Source of the DNA: Podarcis gaigeae
Taxonomy: Eukaryota
Assembly: GCA_964106915.2 (NCBI GenBank)
Contig: OZ066918.1
Strand: one strand, 5' to 3'
Length of the DNA: 64,000 nt
Positions 23,801 to 37,861 of this stretch are shown here, one piece after another. Position numbers and translations under genes: made by a program. The notes beneath the pieces were generated by a model. That model did no database searches. It was not told where the DNA came from and was given only the letters and a program-made list of their open reading frames with translations. How positions within the stretch are numbered: the stretch's first letter is position 1; each line of letters starts with the position of its first letter.

Positions 23801-26800
23801 CCTAAACCAGACTTCTCCTTAGTCATCTAGGACCACTCTTTCAGACAATGGCTAGCTAGCTTGTGCCATGGGTGGAGGATTATTAAGCTGCCCAAATCAC
23901 TGTATTTATAAAAAAATTGCACTTGTTATGAACAATCTTGCAACAGAAGAAAAAGACTGACGGTGAATAGACATTTCAGATAAAGCTTTTAGGTCACACT
24001 ATTATAGTAAAATTGAGCATTCCAATAAAATATTGCAATGCGCTGATTTGTAGCATTCATGGTTTTGTGGGGAGGTTTCATATTCAGGAGAAGTTGGGAG
24101 AACTGTGCAGCAAGTGCTATTTTTATTATCATCTTGTTGCAGGCTCACTCCTTCTGATAGGCTGAGAAAGATTTGAAGGAAATGCTGAAGGCAGGGCCCG
24201 CTATGAAGTCCTACAGTCCTGGAGCAGAATTTCTTTGTGTCATCTGAATTCTTTATCCTTAGCTGCTAGCACAGAGGTATTAAAATAAAGTAGGTGCCTG
24301 AGCATTTTGACACGTACAGATTATGCCACTATAACACAGGGTTGGTAGAGCCAACAATAAACCCTTTCACAGTACCATTTTCACAGCAGAGGCAGCTCCT
24401 GTAAAAATAACAGTAGTAATAGTAGTAACAAGACAAAGAAGGGGCAAGGTAGATCATGGCAGGAGAAGCTCTGTCTCCTATACTGAAATATTTTTGAACA
24501 CAAAGAACTATTTAATTCTAATTATGAGCAGATGAGGAGGCATTTGCTTTGCTTTGTGCTCTCCCAGAGCCATCTATGTCTAAAGGGCATTAGGCAGCAG
24601 TCCACACCAAGATTCATTATGCAAGCCTGTGTTTTGTATGTGACTAATAAGGGATTTGCCAAGCAAACAAAAGTAGAGCATGCACCATTTTCCATGCTTA
24701 TGACACTGAATTGCGCTTTAGTTGCAAAAGCACAAGTCACGGTTTGCATTGTTGCAGCTAAACAGAATCTATATGAATGAGCAGCTGGCCTAAAAAAAAC
24801 ACCACATCTCTGCTGTTTGCAGATCTCTAATGATGAAAATGAAACTTTAATAAAAAAAATATTTTAAAATAGCTTATTCATTATCATGCTTTCCATTTCG
24901 CAGAGGCAACAAGCAGCAATATCCCAAGCATTCTAAATAATTCAGGACACAGATAAGGCCAGCAGCAATGATGAGTGCATAATAGTGATAATAGGGCCTA
25001 CCTTCCTTTAAAAAATGCATTATACAGTACACCCATTATCATTTCAGGATACTCTCATTCAGCTCTAGGCTGGTTTGAGAGTGAAGGTTTGGGAGAGGTT
25101 GTTTGGTTCTCCTCTACTGTTAGCAAACTTGGGGGAGTTATTATTGATACTCAGATGAATACATGAGCAAGAAATTCTAGGTAATGTAGTTTTCCCAATG
25201 CCACTTACTGATGTCTGTAGTGCTTGGAAAACTACATAACACAATGTAATATTTGCATCTGGCACACAGCCACAGTCATGTGCCAGCTTTCAGACTAGCA
25301 AAGATGGGAGGGAGGTCCTTGCTTTGCCATTGCTGTCAGTGTTTGAAGCAAAAACAAATATTAAGTGAAGGGGACAAATGGGAGATGGGTAAGGGGCTGC
25401 CAGTTACTGGTGAAGGATGAAGAGAATCAGATCCAGTCACACTCCCAATGACAAGGTCCAAATCAGGCTTCAGATTGGACTCAAAATATCTCAGCATTGT
25501 AACACTTTTAAGACATGAAGCCAAGTTAAGATTGATATGATGTTTGATTAGTTGGCATATACCTAGAGTTTTATCCATGTAGTCCCAACTTTATTCAACA
25601 CAGATCTTTGTGATGGTTGTGGTAATACAGCACGAGAGTGCAGATTGGAAGGGAAGTGGAATCAAGAAGGCCAAAAGAAAACTATTTTGGTGCATTTCTA
25701 CCTGTCAGCATGCACCCAAAAGAGATGTAAACTTGTTAATTCCAGGAACTATAGTTTAAAACAAGTTTATGCTCTCCATAAATCCTCCTCAAAATTATCT
25801 GCTGCAAATTCTGAGAATGGATATCCATTAAATACTTAATTTCTACATCTGTTTCAAAACAGACGTTTCATGGATTACGAACATCTTACAACTGTCACTG
25901 CTGGATATTTGACTTCTAATTATTGACAGACATTGACATTTTAATAATAATTAAATAATTGACATTATTTTATTTATTTATCTGACAGCAATTATTTAGC
26001 ATGCAGTATTCAACAGGTTGCATTTGATAATCAGTGATATTGTTTAATTTTCTCTGTGACTCTACCACTGTCAGAAATTCTGTTAATATTTTATCATAGA
26101 TTGCCTTTCCTATCATCACAGTCAGTGGGTGGAAAAGGTATATTTCTAAGTAAGCATTCTGACCTACTGTTTGACCCTTATTATGCATTTTACCCCTTGT
26201 GTTCACATCTTTTCTGCATGTATGCTGCTGCTCATAACATTTTTTGCAACAGAGGGACAAAAGAAAGACCATGGCAGACGATAAAAATTAATGATAGGGC
26301 CGATAGTTCACACATTCTTTAGCACAGTGTTGAGATATAGTGATTAAATATATCCACACTCACTCTAAAGCTGCACTGTTGACATTGCCTACTGCAACTA
26401 TTGTGTGCTGGCCTCTTTTAGATATCAGATGAAACAGAGGAGGCAGTACCCTAGCAGTCATTCACAGTAAGCTATAGTTAGGCAGTTTCGATGCAACTGT
26501 CTTGGTTCTTAAGCTGTCATTTTTCTGAAGTATTCCACACATCCCACCTTTTCTACTACGTTTTAAGTAGTTTTATACCGCCTGTGGTAATCCATCTCAA
26601 GATGATGGTCAGGTTAAAATGTAGAATAATAAAATGCAAATGATAACCCATACCCTGGTTGCCATGGAAAATTGGGGTGTGTGTCCTCTGGGACGCACTC
26701 CTGCGTGAGTCACGATCCCATGCAATATCACACCCAGCATCTTTCGGGGCTGTGCCTGCCAAAAAACCTGTGCCGCCATGCTCTTGAGAGCACATTCCCC

Positions 26801-27937
26801 CCACAATGGGATATCCTGATTTAACTGGGGCAGTTGAGGGGTATGCTGATAACCCAAGGGCACCATTAATTATTCCTGACATGATGGATGCTACCACCAA
26901 CAAACACCAGAAAATGCTTGAGTGCACAGGTATAGTGTGCAGGTTTAACAAGAGCTGAAACACCACCAATGTTGGCTGATGATAAAGAGTTGTATCCAAA
27001 GGCGTCCTTCTGTGGGTGGACGGCATATCCTAGTCACTGAAGGGTTATTTCATACCTCACACTAGAGTGTTGTTAAACTAAATTCCAAAAATATGTTCTG
27101 CATACACAAAAGCTCACACAACCCCAAAGAGAATTGCTATAGAACCTACTTATTAAAGCACTGTATGAATTCTTGTGGGTGCTTGTGTGCAAGCATTTAT
27201 AGAAAAGCACTAGTGCTTAGTTTCTTCTCATTCAGTTATTTGGATCCAACGCATAATCCATTAGGGAAAATGGCATTTTTACATGAGCCAAGTTTGAATG
27301 TATACAAAGCTATTTCAGGAAGGGAACACACAGTGTTTCCTTTTTCTGAGCCACAGTAAGATGGGAATGGCAAACCCATCCATTACCAGACAGGCAGGTT
27401 ATAAAAGTAAGACTGAAAAACAATAATAGCTTTTAAAAAGTTATCATGCCTTATTGCTATTACTGAAGGTACTGAATAACAAGCTGTGTTTAAAAATAAC
27501 CAGCTACAAACTGCTAGTTGTCCCTGATATTTTGCAAAGTTTGGATTTCTCCAGGGTTCGTGGAATTTGTTAGCCTCAGGACTGCATCAAAACTCATCAA
27601 CTGATCTAAAGAGAAGTTGAGTTAATTACTAAGAGCTCCTCAAAATAGTTAAAAGTTTAATTACTTGGAATAAACTTGGTTTAACAAACAGCAGCCTGCA
27701 TCACAGTAATATTTATTGGATCACTACACACTCTGAGATCCAGTTTCAACTCTCTATTGTTATAATAAATTTATTTACTTACACACAGTCTTTCCCCCTG
27801 ACAAGGACTGAAGGTGGCTTACGGATAAAAATAAGAACAGCTAAAATCATAGGGGAAAATCATTAAAAAATGACTAAAGACACACAGAGAGATAACTACA
27901 ATAAAAGAGCATGGCACCAGCCCTTTCGTTAAAAGCA

Positions 27938-28065
27938 ATATTGTCTACACTGGCAGCAGCTCTTCAGTTTCGCAGGGGTCTTTCCCAGCCATACCTGGAG
28001 ATGCTGGAGGCCAACCTGGGACTCTGCATGCGAAGCAGATGCTCTACCACTTATCTGCAGCTGCT
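27938..28065 (-). mobile_element. Squam3-like tRNA SINE fragment
   Basis: tattgtctacactggcagcagctc...cctggagatgc...gcagatgctctaccact. Confidence 0.6.
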
Positions 28066-28615
28066 ACCTGAACTCATTTACCCAAGTTCTGCTTCCCCCT
28101 TTGGTTGCAAATCTGCTCTGCTTAATGGGAAAAGGGGAAACATGAGGCAACAGAGAATCATGGATATGATAGTAACAGTAAATGTTTAAGAAAGAAGAAC
28201 AGGAATGGAGAGTTCCCCTCAAAATCTTAACTTGCGCCTTTAGGCAACCACTGCTTGCCCCCACCTCAGACGAATATGGATCTGTGAGTATTTTAAACAT
28301 GTAGCCAGGCTATATCCATGCTCATGTTGTGGGTGAAGTAGTTTTTATATTTTTGCATAAGCAAATATATATTTCCATTCGAGCTGCCCTGAAAGCATGG
28401 GATTTGTTGTAAATTCCATAATTTAGCACAATTTAACATTCAGTTTTGCATATAATTCAGAAACTCTTAGAATTTATTTAATTAGATCATACACAATAAT
28501 TCAGTAATTCATCAAATGAAAACCAAAGTGGTAACAATATTAATAGTTGATTTTCTGCACAATATTGGAATGCAAAAATAAAAGTATAATTATATTGTGA
28601 TTACTTTACAGATTA

Positions 28616-28737
28616 AAAAGGTAAAGGTACCCCTGCCCGTACGGGCCAGTTTTGACAGACTCTGGGGTTGTGCGCCCATCTCACTCAAGAGGCCAGGGGC
28701 CAGCGCTGTCTGGAGACACTTCCGGGTCACGTGGCCA
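28616..28737 (-). mobile_element. 5'-truncated Sauria SINE (3' ~120 bp)
   Basis: aaaaggtaaaggtacccctgccc...ccgggtcacgtggcca, near-identical to the left parts of 57504 and 61245; (ACCTTT)n tail on minus; TSD actttacagatta at 28603-28615 and 28823-28835. Confidence 0.9.
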
Positions 28738-28921
28738 ATATTTGATACCTTTTAAGGTGGTTGTTTGATAACAATTTCTGTTGACATGCCTTCATTGCAC
28801 ATAATTTCTCAATAGAGACCAGACTTTACAGATTACCTGGTCTCTATTGAGAAATTATGTGCAATGAACGCATGTCAACAGAAATTGTTATCAAACAGCC
28901 ACCTTAAAAGGTATCAAATAT
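28738..28921. repeat. 85-bp inverted duplication with 14-bp spacer
   Basis: 28738-28822 is the reverse complement of 28837-28921 with 2 mismatches. Confidence 0.95.
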
Positions 28922-29084
28922 AGAGGGTTCGGGTGCACAGAGAAACTAAGTCGTGAATACTGATTTTCAGGGAAGGACTAATGTAAATGGGCTTTTAGCT
29001 AAATTGGAGCTGCTTCACACTATAGCAGGATAATCCCTTTGTTTCAGCGGATGGGGATATAGCCAGTCAAGTGGCAGAATAAGT

Positions 29085-29347
29085 TAGGATTGCCATATTT
29101 CAAGAGGTAAAAATCCGGACACAAAACGTTGTTGAGCTTTTCTGGGGAATCGCCTGATAGCCCCTCCACCGCTGCCAAGCCCAAGCTGTTCACCCCAGAG
29201 TCTGAACCAGAGCCGCCCGCACACACAATTATTATTGTTATTACTTTTTTTAAAAAAGGCTTTAAAATGAAAAATTCCCCTCATAAGGGCATGTAGGACC
29301 CCCAAAAGAGGACATGTCTGGGAATTCCTGGACGTATGACAACCCTG
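29085..29347. mobile_element. hAT-like (TAGGGTTGCCA-type) MITE
   Basis: taggattgccata ... tatgacaaccctg termini, subterminal ccggaca-like motifs; TSD only partly conserved. Confidence 0.6.
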
Positions 29348-29411
29348 GAATGTGCTAAGTCAACATCTAGGCTCAGTTCATGAGTTTCCCCGAACATCAT
29401 TATTGACATAT

Positions 29412-29546
29412 NNNNNNNNNNNNNNNNNNNNNNNNNNNNNNNNNNNNNNNNNNNNNNNNNNNNNNNNNNNNNNNNNNNNNNNNNNNNNNNNNNNNNNNNN
29501 NNNNNNNNNNNNNNNNNNNNNNNNNNNNNNNNNNNNNNNNNNNNNN
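29412..29546. other. Assembly gap (135 N)
   Basis: N run. Confidence 1.
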
Positions 29547-30107
29547 AATTATTGGAATGTCATTACATGAGGGCTTCTGAGACCAAAGGTGGTAATGGAC
29601 TAGAATGTTGACATTTCACATGGCCTGTCCCTTTCATTTCTCTACTTCATATTTTACTAGACATCCCAAGCCATATGTGGGTATCCTTGTCAATACAAAA
29701 GGGTGTCAATATGAAGTCCAATGCTTTTAAATTAACAAACTAAATAACATATCCTTTGTACAGTACAGGTTTTCCTTGACCCATAAGATTACTAAATTTC
29801 TGTTTTTATAATATTCTGTTATTGGTCTTTATGTTTCATCTCTGAACAATGTTTTTATAATACTATTTATCATTTTTAATTTGTATTTCTGTACACTACT
29901 TTGAGATTTTAAAATATTAAGTGGTTTACAAATTCTTATGATTAAATAAATAAAGTGTCTTGCATAAGTGGTAGGACTCTCTTTAGCTTGTAAACTCCCA
30001 AGCTCAAAAAATCAGCATACTAAGTCCCATCCTGACAGATATCCCTCCACTTATTAATTTGAAACCCCCTGATTTCTGAGCACACATTTTTTTAAGGCTC
30101 ATACTCT

Positions 30108-30348
30108 TTGGATTTGGATTTGATATCCCGCCTTTCACTCCCCTTCAGGAGTCTCAAAGCGGCTAACAATCTCCTTTCCCTTCCTCCCCCACAACAAACA
30201 CTCTGTGAGGTGAGTGGGGCTGAGAGACTTCAAAGAAGTGTGACTGGCCCAAGGTCAGCCAGCAGCTGCATGTGGAGGAGCGGAGATGCGAACCCGGTTC
30301 CCCAGATTACGAGACTACTGCTCTTAACTACTACACCACACTGGCTCT
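30108..30348 (-). mobile_element. tRNA/CORE-type SINE with L2-like tail (Squam2/MIR-like)
   Basis: Minus strand: A-box tggtgtagtagtt, B-box ggttcgcatctc, gaccttgggccagtcac core, gccgctttgag...gcgggatat tail with short repeat. Confidence 0.75.
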
Positions 30349-33295
30349 CTTATTCCCTACTTTGTTTCTTTGATCTATGTTGTTAGCCTCTTTCATGAAT
30401 TGGAGGCAATTTCATCACATGCCATGCTGTACACAGATACATTTACCAAAATTATCAACATGACATTTCATTTCTGAAAACTTGGCCCTAAGATACAAGT
30501 AAAATCTACTCCAGTTCATCACAGAACCATGGTTAAATTCCTTACAGAGACATCGTGTCTACTAGTATTGGTGTTTAAGGAACGGCTTTGCAGGATTTGA
30601 AATAGATTGATTTTTAAAAAGCTTGAACTGCAAAGTCTTTGAAATACCACCTCAAAAATAGGTCAGCCTCTAACTGCTTAGGTGCTGCTACAGAGCATGA
30701 AAGTCTGGATGTGTTTTCTCATGCCTTCTCTCCTTTTGGGAGTTCCCATGGATCATTTCTCTTTGCAAAAAAAGAAAGAAAGCATTGACTAAAAATCTCC
30801 TCATCCACACAAACCGAGCTATCAGTGGGGAAGCATCAGCAAAGTTAGTTAAGATATTGAACAACAGTCCTAACAAACAGCAGTGTAAAATTATGCTGGT
30901 GGAATGTCATGGCTATTATTTAATTGTTGTAGTCTTTTTATGAAAATTTCACTTACAATACAATCCTATACTATGTCTGCAAAAAAGTCCCATTCAGTTG
31001 AATATTCAGTAAGTGGGTATAGGGTTCCAGTCTCAATCTACTTTTAAAATAGACAATTTTATTGTAGACCTCCAAAGGATTTTATTTCATTCCTTTCCTT
31101 TCAACTTCCTGTCTGCTTTACGCATATTTTGATCCCATTTAAAATAATTACTACTCAATATCTTCTTGATCCTTATACTTACATTTAACAATCAAGCTAA
31201 ACTGAGTACAAATTGCTAATCTTCATTTACTTGTTAATAGAATTCCACAGGATGTGTTGCTTAGATTTGTTGCAAAGCAATACAAGATCCACATTAATTG
31301 GAAAGCATGCAACAGCATTGTTTATCCACACAGTCTGACAAAGAAATGGATAATTAGAACTCAGAGCTCTGTTTTCTGAGAAACAGCATATATGAATCAA
31401 ACATATATTAGGAAAATAATTATCACTAACTATATATTAATAGACCTTTAGTATAAGGTCAATAAATAATGCAAAATAAACACAGACTTAGTTATAAATT
31501 ATTGTAAGTTGTGAGTCAAATGAACTGTAACTTGGATAATTTACCGCAACTGCACAAAACACTGCTGTACTGTAGTTGCTCACTGGGAAAACCTATTGAC
31601 AACATGTGTGGCACATGGGTTGAAAGTGTTGCATTGGCTGTCAATATGCAAGCAAGCTTGACGCAATGTTTTACTACAGGTGAAGAAGCCCTATACAGTT
31701 CTTGGCCAGGGTATCTATGAAGCTGCCTATCCCTCATACATCCCAAACGATCACTTAGATCTAAGGATAAATGCAACTCTCTCGCTCTCTCCTCATCCCG
31801 CACAGCCCCTAAATCTGTTTCTGGGTTCCCTCAATCCTCTGGAGTGTTTACAGGGCATGTGGGAAGAGGATAGGGTCGGGAAATTGAATTGCATGGCTTA
31901 AAGTCCTTGCACTAGTGGAACTCTTTAGTTGAAAACAGCCCCATGTTTTAATACCCTTTTGTGATCTGAATTACAGTACGTTTTATATTCTGTTTCTGTA
32001 AACTGCTCAGGTATTCTCTGAATGCATTCAGAAATAAATTATTATTTATTCAGAAATAAATAACTATCATTAGAACCATTAAATTGATTGTGTTCACATC
32101 TGTGTTTTAATCTGTGACCTAACATTTTAGTTGGATTTTCTTTTTGTACTGTTATCAAATACCACTCTGCAGTGCATTCCAGTACCTAGAGACTGTGCTT
32201 CAACCAACCTGTATCTTTCCTTCAGATACTTTTAACAGCATTGCACCAGTATACTAAATCAAAAGCACAATAAGAATTTCACATGCTGCTTTGTACAAGG
32301 TTGGACTAATCCGGGGGTGTATATACTATCTTTATGTAAATACAGATTGGGGGAGAATCAATTCCCCCCTTGCATAGTCACTCTATTACTTGTTTTTGTA
32401 TCATTAACAAAGTCATATCTTCAATGTGAGCTGACAAATCTCAGGAGGGGAAACCCCCCCCCCAATGATTTTATTATTTCTTTGCTTATTTAGGGAGCTT
32501 TAGTTTTATCACTGAATTTTAAAGTTTAAAATTATTTCTGAAGACAGTGTAGAATAAAGATAATAGTGTAGAAATTGCTTTCTGTATACATGAAAGATAC
32601 TTAATATCAGATTACGCCTGTAGGGCAAATGTGACTTTGTCATGTCAACCATAGAGGCCCAGCTGTATTCTATAGACTATAGAGGAAGAAAATGTAAATA
32701 GTTGCTCTTTTAAATAAAATAAATTGTTCTCTTGAGCTATCCAGGAGCTGTGTATTATGCAACAGATACAGAAAGTAACCTCAATTTCTGTACTCTCAAT
32801 ATCAAGAAGACAGCATCTTAATTTAGCAAATATAATTACAGGAAAGATCAGACCCCTAAATCATTACTACTTTTTTCCTTGCCTCAGGGCAATTTGTAGC
32901 CTGAAAGACAGAAAATAATGCACATAGGGAGCATATTTTTCACCCTCAAATTCTGCTGTATTTTATCTTGTCTCTAGATACAGTTTAAATCTTTTAGTGC
33001 AACATTAGCAAGACATATTTTGTTTTTTGTTTTTTACTCTAATTCACGCTTATTTCTTTCTTTCGTTGACATTTTCCAGAATACCATTGCTCACACATCT
33101 TCATGTCAAGAGGTCAATTGATTTCATTTGTTCTATCTATATGAAATATATTTTAAGGCTACAATTCTATATGCAGTTCTACTTACTGGGAGTAAGCCCC
33201 AGTGACTTCAGTATTACTTCTTCTTAGATATCTGTAGAATTGACTGTAGACAGCTTAAACTAATGTAGGCTTTTGAAATAATCAAGGATTTAGTT

Positions 33296-33372
33296 GAGAT
33301 GCTTGCATTACAGGGGGTTGCACTAAATAATCATTGTGTTCCCTTCCATCTCTACAATACTATTATTCTATG
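33296..33372 (+). mobile_element. CR1-type 3' tail fragment
   Basis: gcattacagggggttgcact...tcccttccatctctacaatactattattcta. Confidence 0.55.
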
Positions 33373-36084
33373 TAACACAACGCACCATAGGCACCATGAA
33401 TGTTCCAAAAAAGAAATCCAGCACATTATAGTTACAGCAATGTAACTATAAGCAATTCTGGATATTAAGTGGCATATAAATGCCAGAAATAGATAAATAA
33501 TAGGTGGAATTTGAAATGATGACTAGTCTGAGGAAATAAATTTGAAAGTTTATTCCTTCAGCTGTTGCCAACATGGCACAATGGGAAATCAGCTCATATT
33601 ACTCTTTTTGGTGTGTCTTCGTATCCATGTTAACTCTGATCTTTATCAAAGTACATGCTAACTCCTACTGCTCATTAAAGCTGTCAATTCCCCCCCCCCC
33701 TCAGCTTCATCTGGCTCATAATTGAAATTCTTATTTTAAGAGTGTCATTTTAACGTTATTGCTAGCTATGGAATGTCTTGTGAAGATTGCAACATTAGAG
33801 TTAATTTGGCTCCACATCTCTGTTAATGGATACTGTCTGAAATATAATAAACTGTGGGTACTCAGACCTCAGCCAAAATATGTCAAGGTTACTTTCCCAA
33901 TTACTGCAGTTTGTTAGACAGCAGCGAACAATTGGGTATCATTCTTCATGTCTCTCAGGTTTCAAATTGCTTATAAGGTCTTTGTTATGTTAGCAAAAGT
34001 GAGTTTTCTAACAGCATATGTCATGATCTCTCCTTGTGACTATTAATTAACAATGTTTATGTACTTCACTGGTATGTATTTACTCTTGAGAAAAGTTGCA
34101 TTAAACCTAAACTTCTAACAATACACTAAATGACTATTTTTTAAATGTGCATTAGATGTGATTTCACCAATATTAACATTTTTTCTATTTGTAAAAAAAT
34201 AAAAATATTTCTTTCTTTCTTTCACTGTTTGTGCAGTGTAGCTTATTTTAGAAAGTTGCATCTTCATGCTTCCAGTCATAAACCAGACCAATCTTGATTT
34301 GGATAGGAATATGATGATTAATTAAATTAAACATGTTTATTTGGATGTAGTTTCAATGCATTTTTTTCTTACTTTACTAAGCAGCCTCTAAGGAGTGTTA
34401 TGCACACAGCAGATACTCCAACAGAAAAGATATGTACAGTTGCAATAGCACAGAGGATGTCTTACATGGTCATACCTGCAGCAGCAATGCTCTACCCTAA
34501 TGGATCAACTATCCTGTTGTGCGGAATTACTGAATTTTCTATCAGTTTGCAGTGGTGGGGGAAATGGCTTTTGAACTGTTACTGGTACTCTCTCCATTCA
34601 TATGCCACACATTTTTCTGTTATGCTAGTATGCTACATTGGACAATGGTGGCTGCAGTTGGCACAGTTGCACCAACTCACACTCTTCCGTTGGAACAGCA
34701 CTGGGTTAGTGTTGGATAGCATGTCAATACTATAGCCACTTTTCTCCGTCCAGCAAAGCTTTTTGCAAGCATTGGCATTTATAGAATGAGGATATCAGTG
34801 TGTGTGGGCACTATGCACTGTAGGTATCATGTGTGCATGGTGATGCCATTTTCGTAGTTATTTAGTGTGATTCTAAATGCTTTCCCTTTCCCCTCTTGTA
34901 TGGAAAGAAGAGTGAGAAGGAGCTTTCTGTGTCTAATTCATAGTAGAATAAATTATAGTAAAAGAATATGCATATAAGTAGCTGAAGATCCAAAATTATA
35001 CTCTCGCTGTCAAGCATGTTTTATGCCAGAAATACATCAACACATTGTGACATTATTTTTCTGTTAAAGGCATTCCTTTTTCTGTTGTAGCAATTCACAG
35101 GAGAATTGTAATTCCTGATCTGATGGTCCTGTCTTCCTAGCTTAAGGAAAGCCACAAGGGAAAAAGAGGATTCAAGTTGGTTGTCTCTGGTATAAACAGT
35201 CTCTGCAGCAAGTGTGGAATAAATCACGGAAGATAAACATTGCTCTGGGGCAGAACAATTTCTTTCACACATCAGAGACACTGTAGATTTTCTGTAAATC
35301 AGTACCTTGCACATTAACATTCAAAAATGCTGTTTGTGAAGACTCTTGAAGTAAGATAATTTTGATGGTTGACACAGAAAACACAACAAAGGTAGTACAG
35401 GTACAGGAAAATGAAAGATACACTTGCCTTTATAAGGGGCATAAGAGAAAAATAAGCCACACAACAATATTATGTCTTATTATCTAGGCTGCTTTCATGT
35501 ATTCATGTTTAACAAAAACTGGCATTGAACTATAATTATCTCAGCAATGGATGTATGCCTGTACCTGTACCTTAGTTGAAATATGTCAAGGTTATTCACC
35601 TAATTACCCCCATAATTTTTAGTTATTCAAAGATTCTCTAGACTAATTTTTTTTAATTGCTTAAATGTTGTTCTTTGGGAACTAATATTTAAAATGAAGT
35701 TACAATTCTGTTTGACCTTATTTTAACCTCACTTGGCATGTGAGCATGTGCATAGTATTAAAGCAAGTTAAGAGGTTATTGGCCCTAGTCACTAGATCTA
35801 GGGAATGCAAACCAATAATGTAAAGAGAAAATCCTAAAAATTAGATTTGAGCCTTGACAGAAGCACAGATATATGAAGACAAGGGGCTTTCTGCTAGATT
35901 TCTGAAGTTCATTTCTCAGTTTTAGCAACACAATAGAGCTAGGGTTTTGCATATGGCTTCTAATTAAAGGTAAGGAAAGTTATGAGGGATGGGGGTGGGG
36001 AAGATCACATTTTTTTACTATCAATTTTTCTAAACCAACCCCAAATATTATGATATTCAACACAATTCACAAAATACAATTAAG

Positions 36085-36224
36085 CCAGGATGAAGAACTT
36101 ATGGTGCTACGGGTGTTGCTGGACAAAAACTTCCATCATCCTTGACCGTTGACTATGCTGATCAGGAATGATGGTGGTTGGGAGTCCAACAATATTTGCA
36201 GGGTCACAAATTACCCATCCCTTG
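36085..36224. mobile_element. Degraded palindromic hAT-like MITE
   Basis: gttgctggac...ccatcatcct / aggaatgatgg...gtccaacaa fold-back; same type as 60412-60549. Confidence 0.5.
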
Positions 36225-37324
36225 ACTACTCTGTGTCTTGATCTGCCTTGCAGCTGGACGTGACTCTCCTTGGTTTGGTGCTTAAGCCATTCCATTAATC
36301 CCTGGAGTGCTGGCATGCAACAGATTCAAGAAGGATGTCTGACATATGAACAAAGGCCTTGCATCCCATGATGGAAGAAAGTAGGGATATAAATGCAAGA
36401 AGAGTTTTAAAAATAACAATATAGGTTGAGGCAAAATCTTCCCATCAAAATGCTACAGTTAAGTATGGTTAAACGTGCCCCCAGCTTCTCTCAGAATGCA
36501 GATGGTAAGTCTCCAAATATTAGAGAATGCTCAGAAAATACTCTCCCCAGCCCCAATGCCAAGAGAGATCTAAATTGGCTCCTAATTGCCAACTTAGGGT
36601 TTGATTTCTGTGCATTCTGATGGAAACTTGACATACTGATGTTTGAATTATGGAACATAAATAAGGCCATATTAGGTGGATGCACCTTCCCTAATATCTC
36701 AATAGAGGTTCACAGGCATGGTTCCACAGGAACCAAAAAACATTTAAGATGCCATGCAGATACTCCCCTTCCCCAACCTATTTCCTGTCCAAGGTGGCAG
36801 CTCTTTGATCATTGTCAACCCATACTACTTCAGTATCACAATTGCCTAAGCCAACTGTGTTAAGCCCTGCCTTGGGTAATAATGATATGTTGATCTTTCC
36901 ATTTGTGGAGTCCCTAAAATGGCTGGATGGCATCTTGTGCACCTCCTTCTGGCAATTCCTGCAGCCAAGCTGGTGACAAATGTATTATTTTGCTTTGCTT
37001 TGCATTACATCAGCAAGGCTGAGAGGTGGGTCTTGTCATCTGAGCAGCCCACGGCTTCCATATACACTGCCCAAGCTTGCACCACAGAGAGGTCACTTTG
37101 GTGCTACTAATGCAGCAAAAACAATGCAGGAGGTAGAAGTTGCAAGCTGTAAGCTCAACCTGATTGGTGTAATGTGAGAGCCTTACAGGTTCCCTTTGTC
37201 AGTGGGGGAGATCATTGTGTCTCATTGGTCAACTGCCACCCGCCTTAAGGTGGGCAGACCCCAGTTAATCAGGTGCTGACCTGCCACTGTCCATCTGCTT
37301 CAAAGAGCGCTTGGAGCTCTGAGT

Positions 37325-37861
37325 ACATATGTGCTGCATTAGGAATATTTTGGGTATCACATGGCATGACAGTGTCTCAAGGCACTTCTGTATCAGCGAT
37401 GTCTATGCTGGCTTGGTCATGTCCATAGAATGGAAGACAGCAGGATTCCCAAGGATGTACTTTATGGGGAGCTGGCCTCGGCCATCAGGCCTGCTGGAAG
37501 ACCAACTCTGTGTTATAAGGATGTCTGCAAATGTGACATGAAAACTGGCAATATTAACCCTGCCATGTGGGAATCCTTTGCAGAGGACCATAATGCCTGG
37601 TGACAGACAGACAGGTCATGAATCCACAGCAGTGGCCAGAGGAGAAATGACTGCTGGGAGGAGTGCAGAAAGAAGAAATGGCATGGTGTATTTGCACCCG
37701 TGAAACTGGAGGCCTTCATCTGCTCCAGCTGTAATAAAGCATGTCTCCCCTATACTGGTCTCTACAGCCACAGTAGATGTTACAACTCTCCAACGGTTTG
37801 ACTTTACCCTCAATAGCACACTCTTCTGTTGTTTCTCAAGACAGAGGGATGGCAACAACAT
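37325..37861 (+). mobile_element. RTE-clade LINE 3' fragment (not Bov-B)
   Basis: Broken translation CIRNILGITWHD / WLGHVHRMEDSRIPKDVLYGEL / GRPTLCYKDVCK / FICSSCNKACLPYTGLYSH (C-terminal Zn-finger-like); ends in a caacaaca tail. Confidence 0.8.

Noticed and set aside
26654-26890. Exon-like 237-nt open frame on minus (ag...gtatgg)
   Set aside because: Open only in phase 1, which does not fit the phase-0 ATRNL1 donor (stop at codon 7). No homology recognised; may be repeat-derived.
29352-29570. ORF spanning the N run
   Set aside because: Artifact of the assembly gap.
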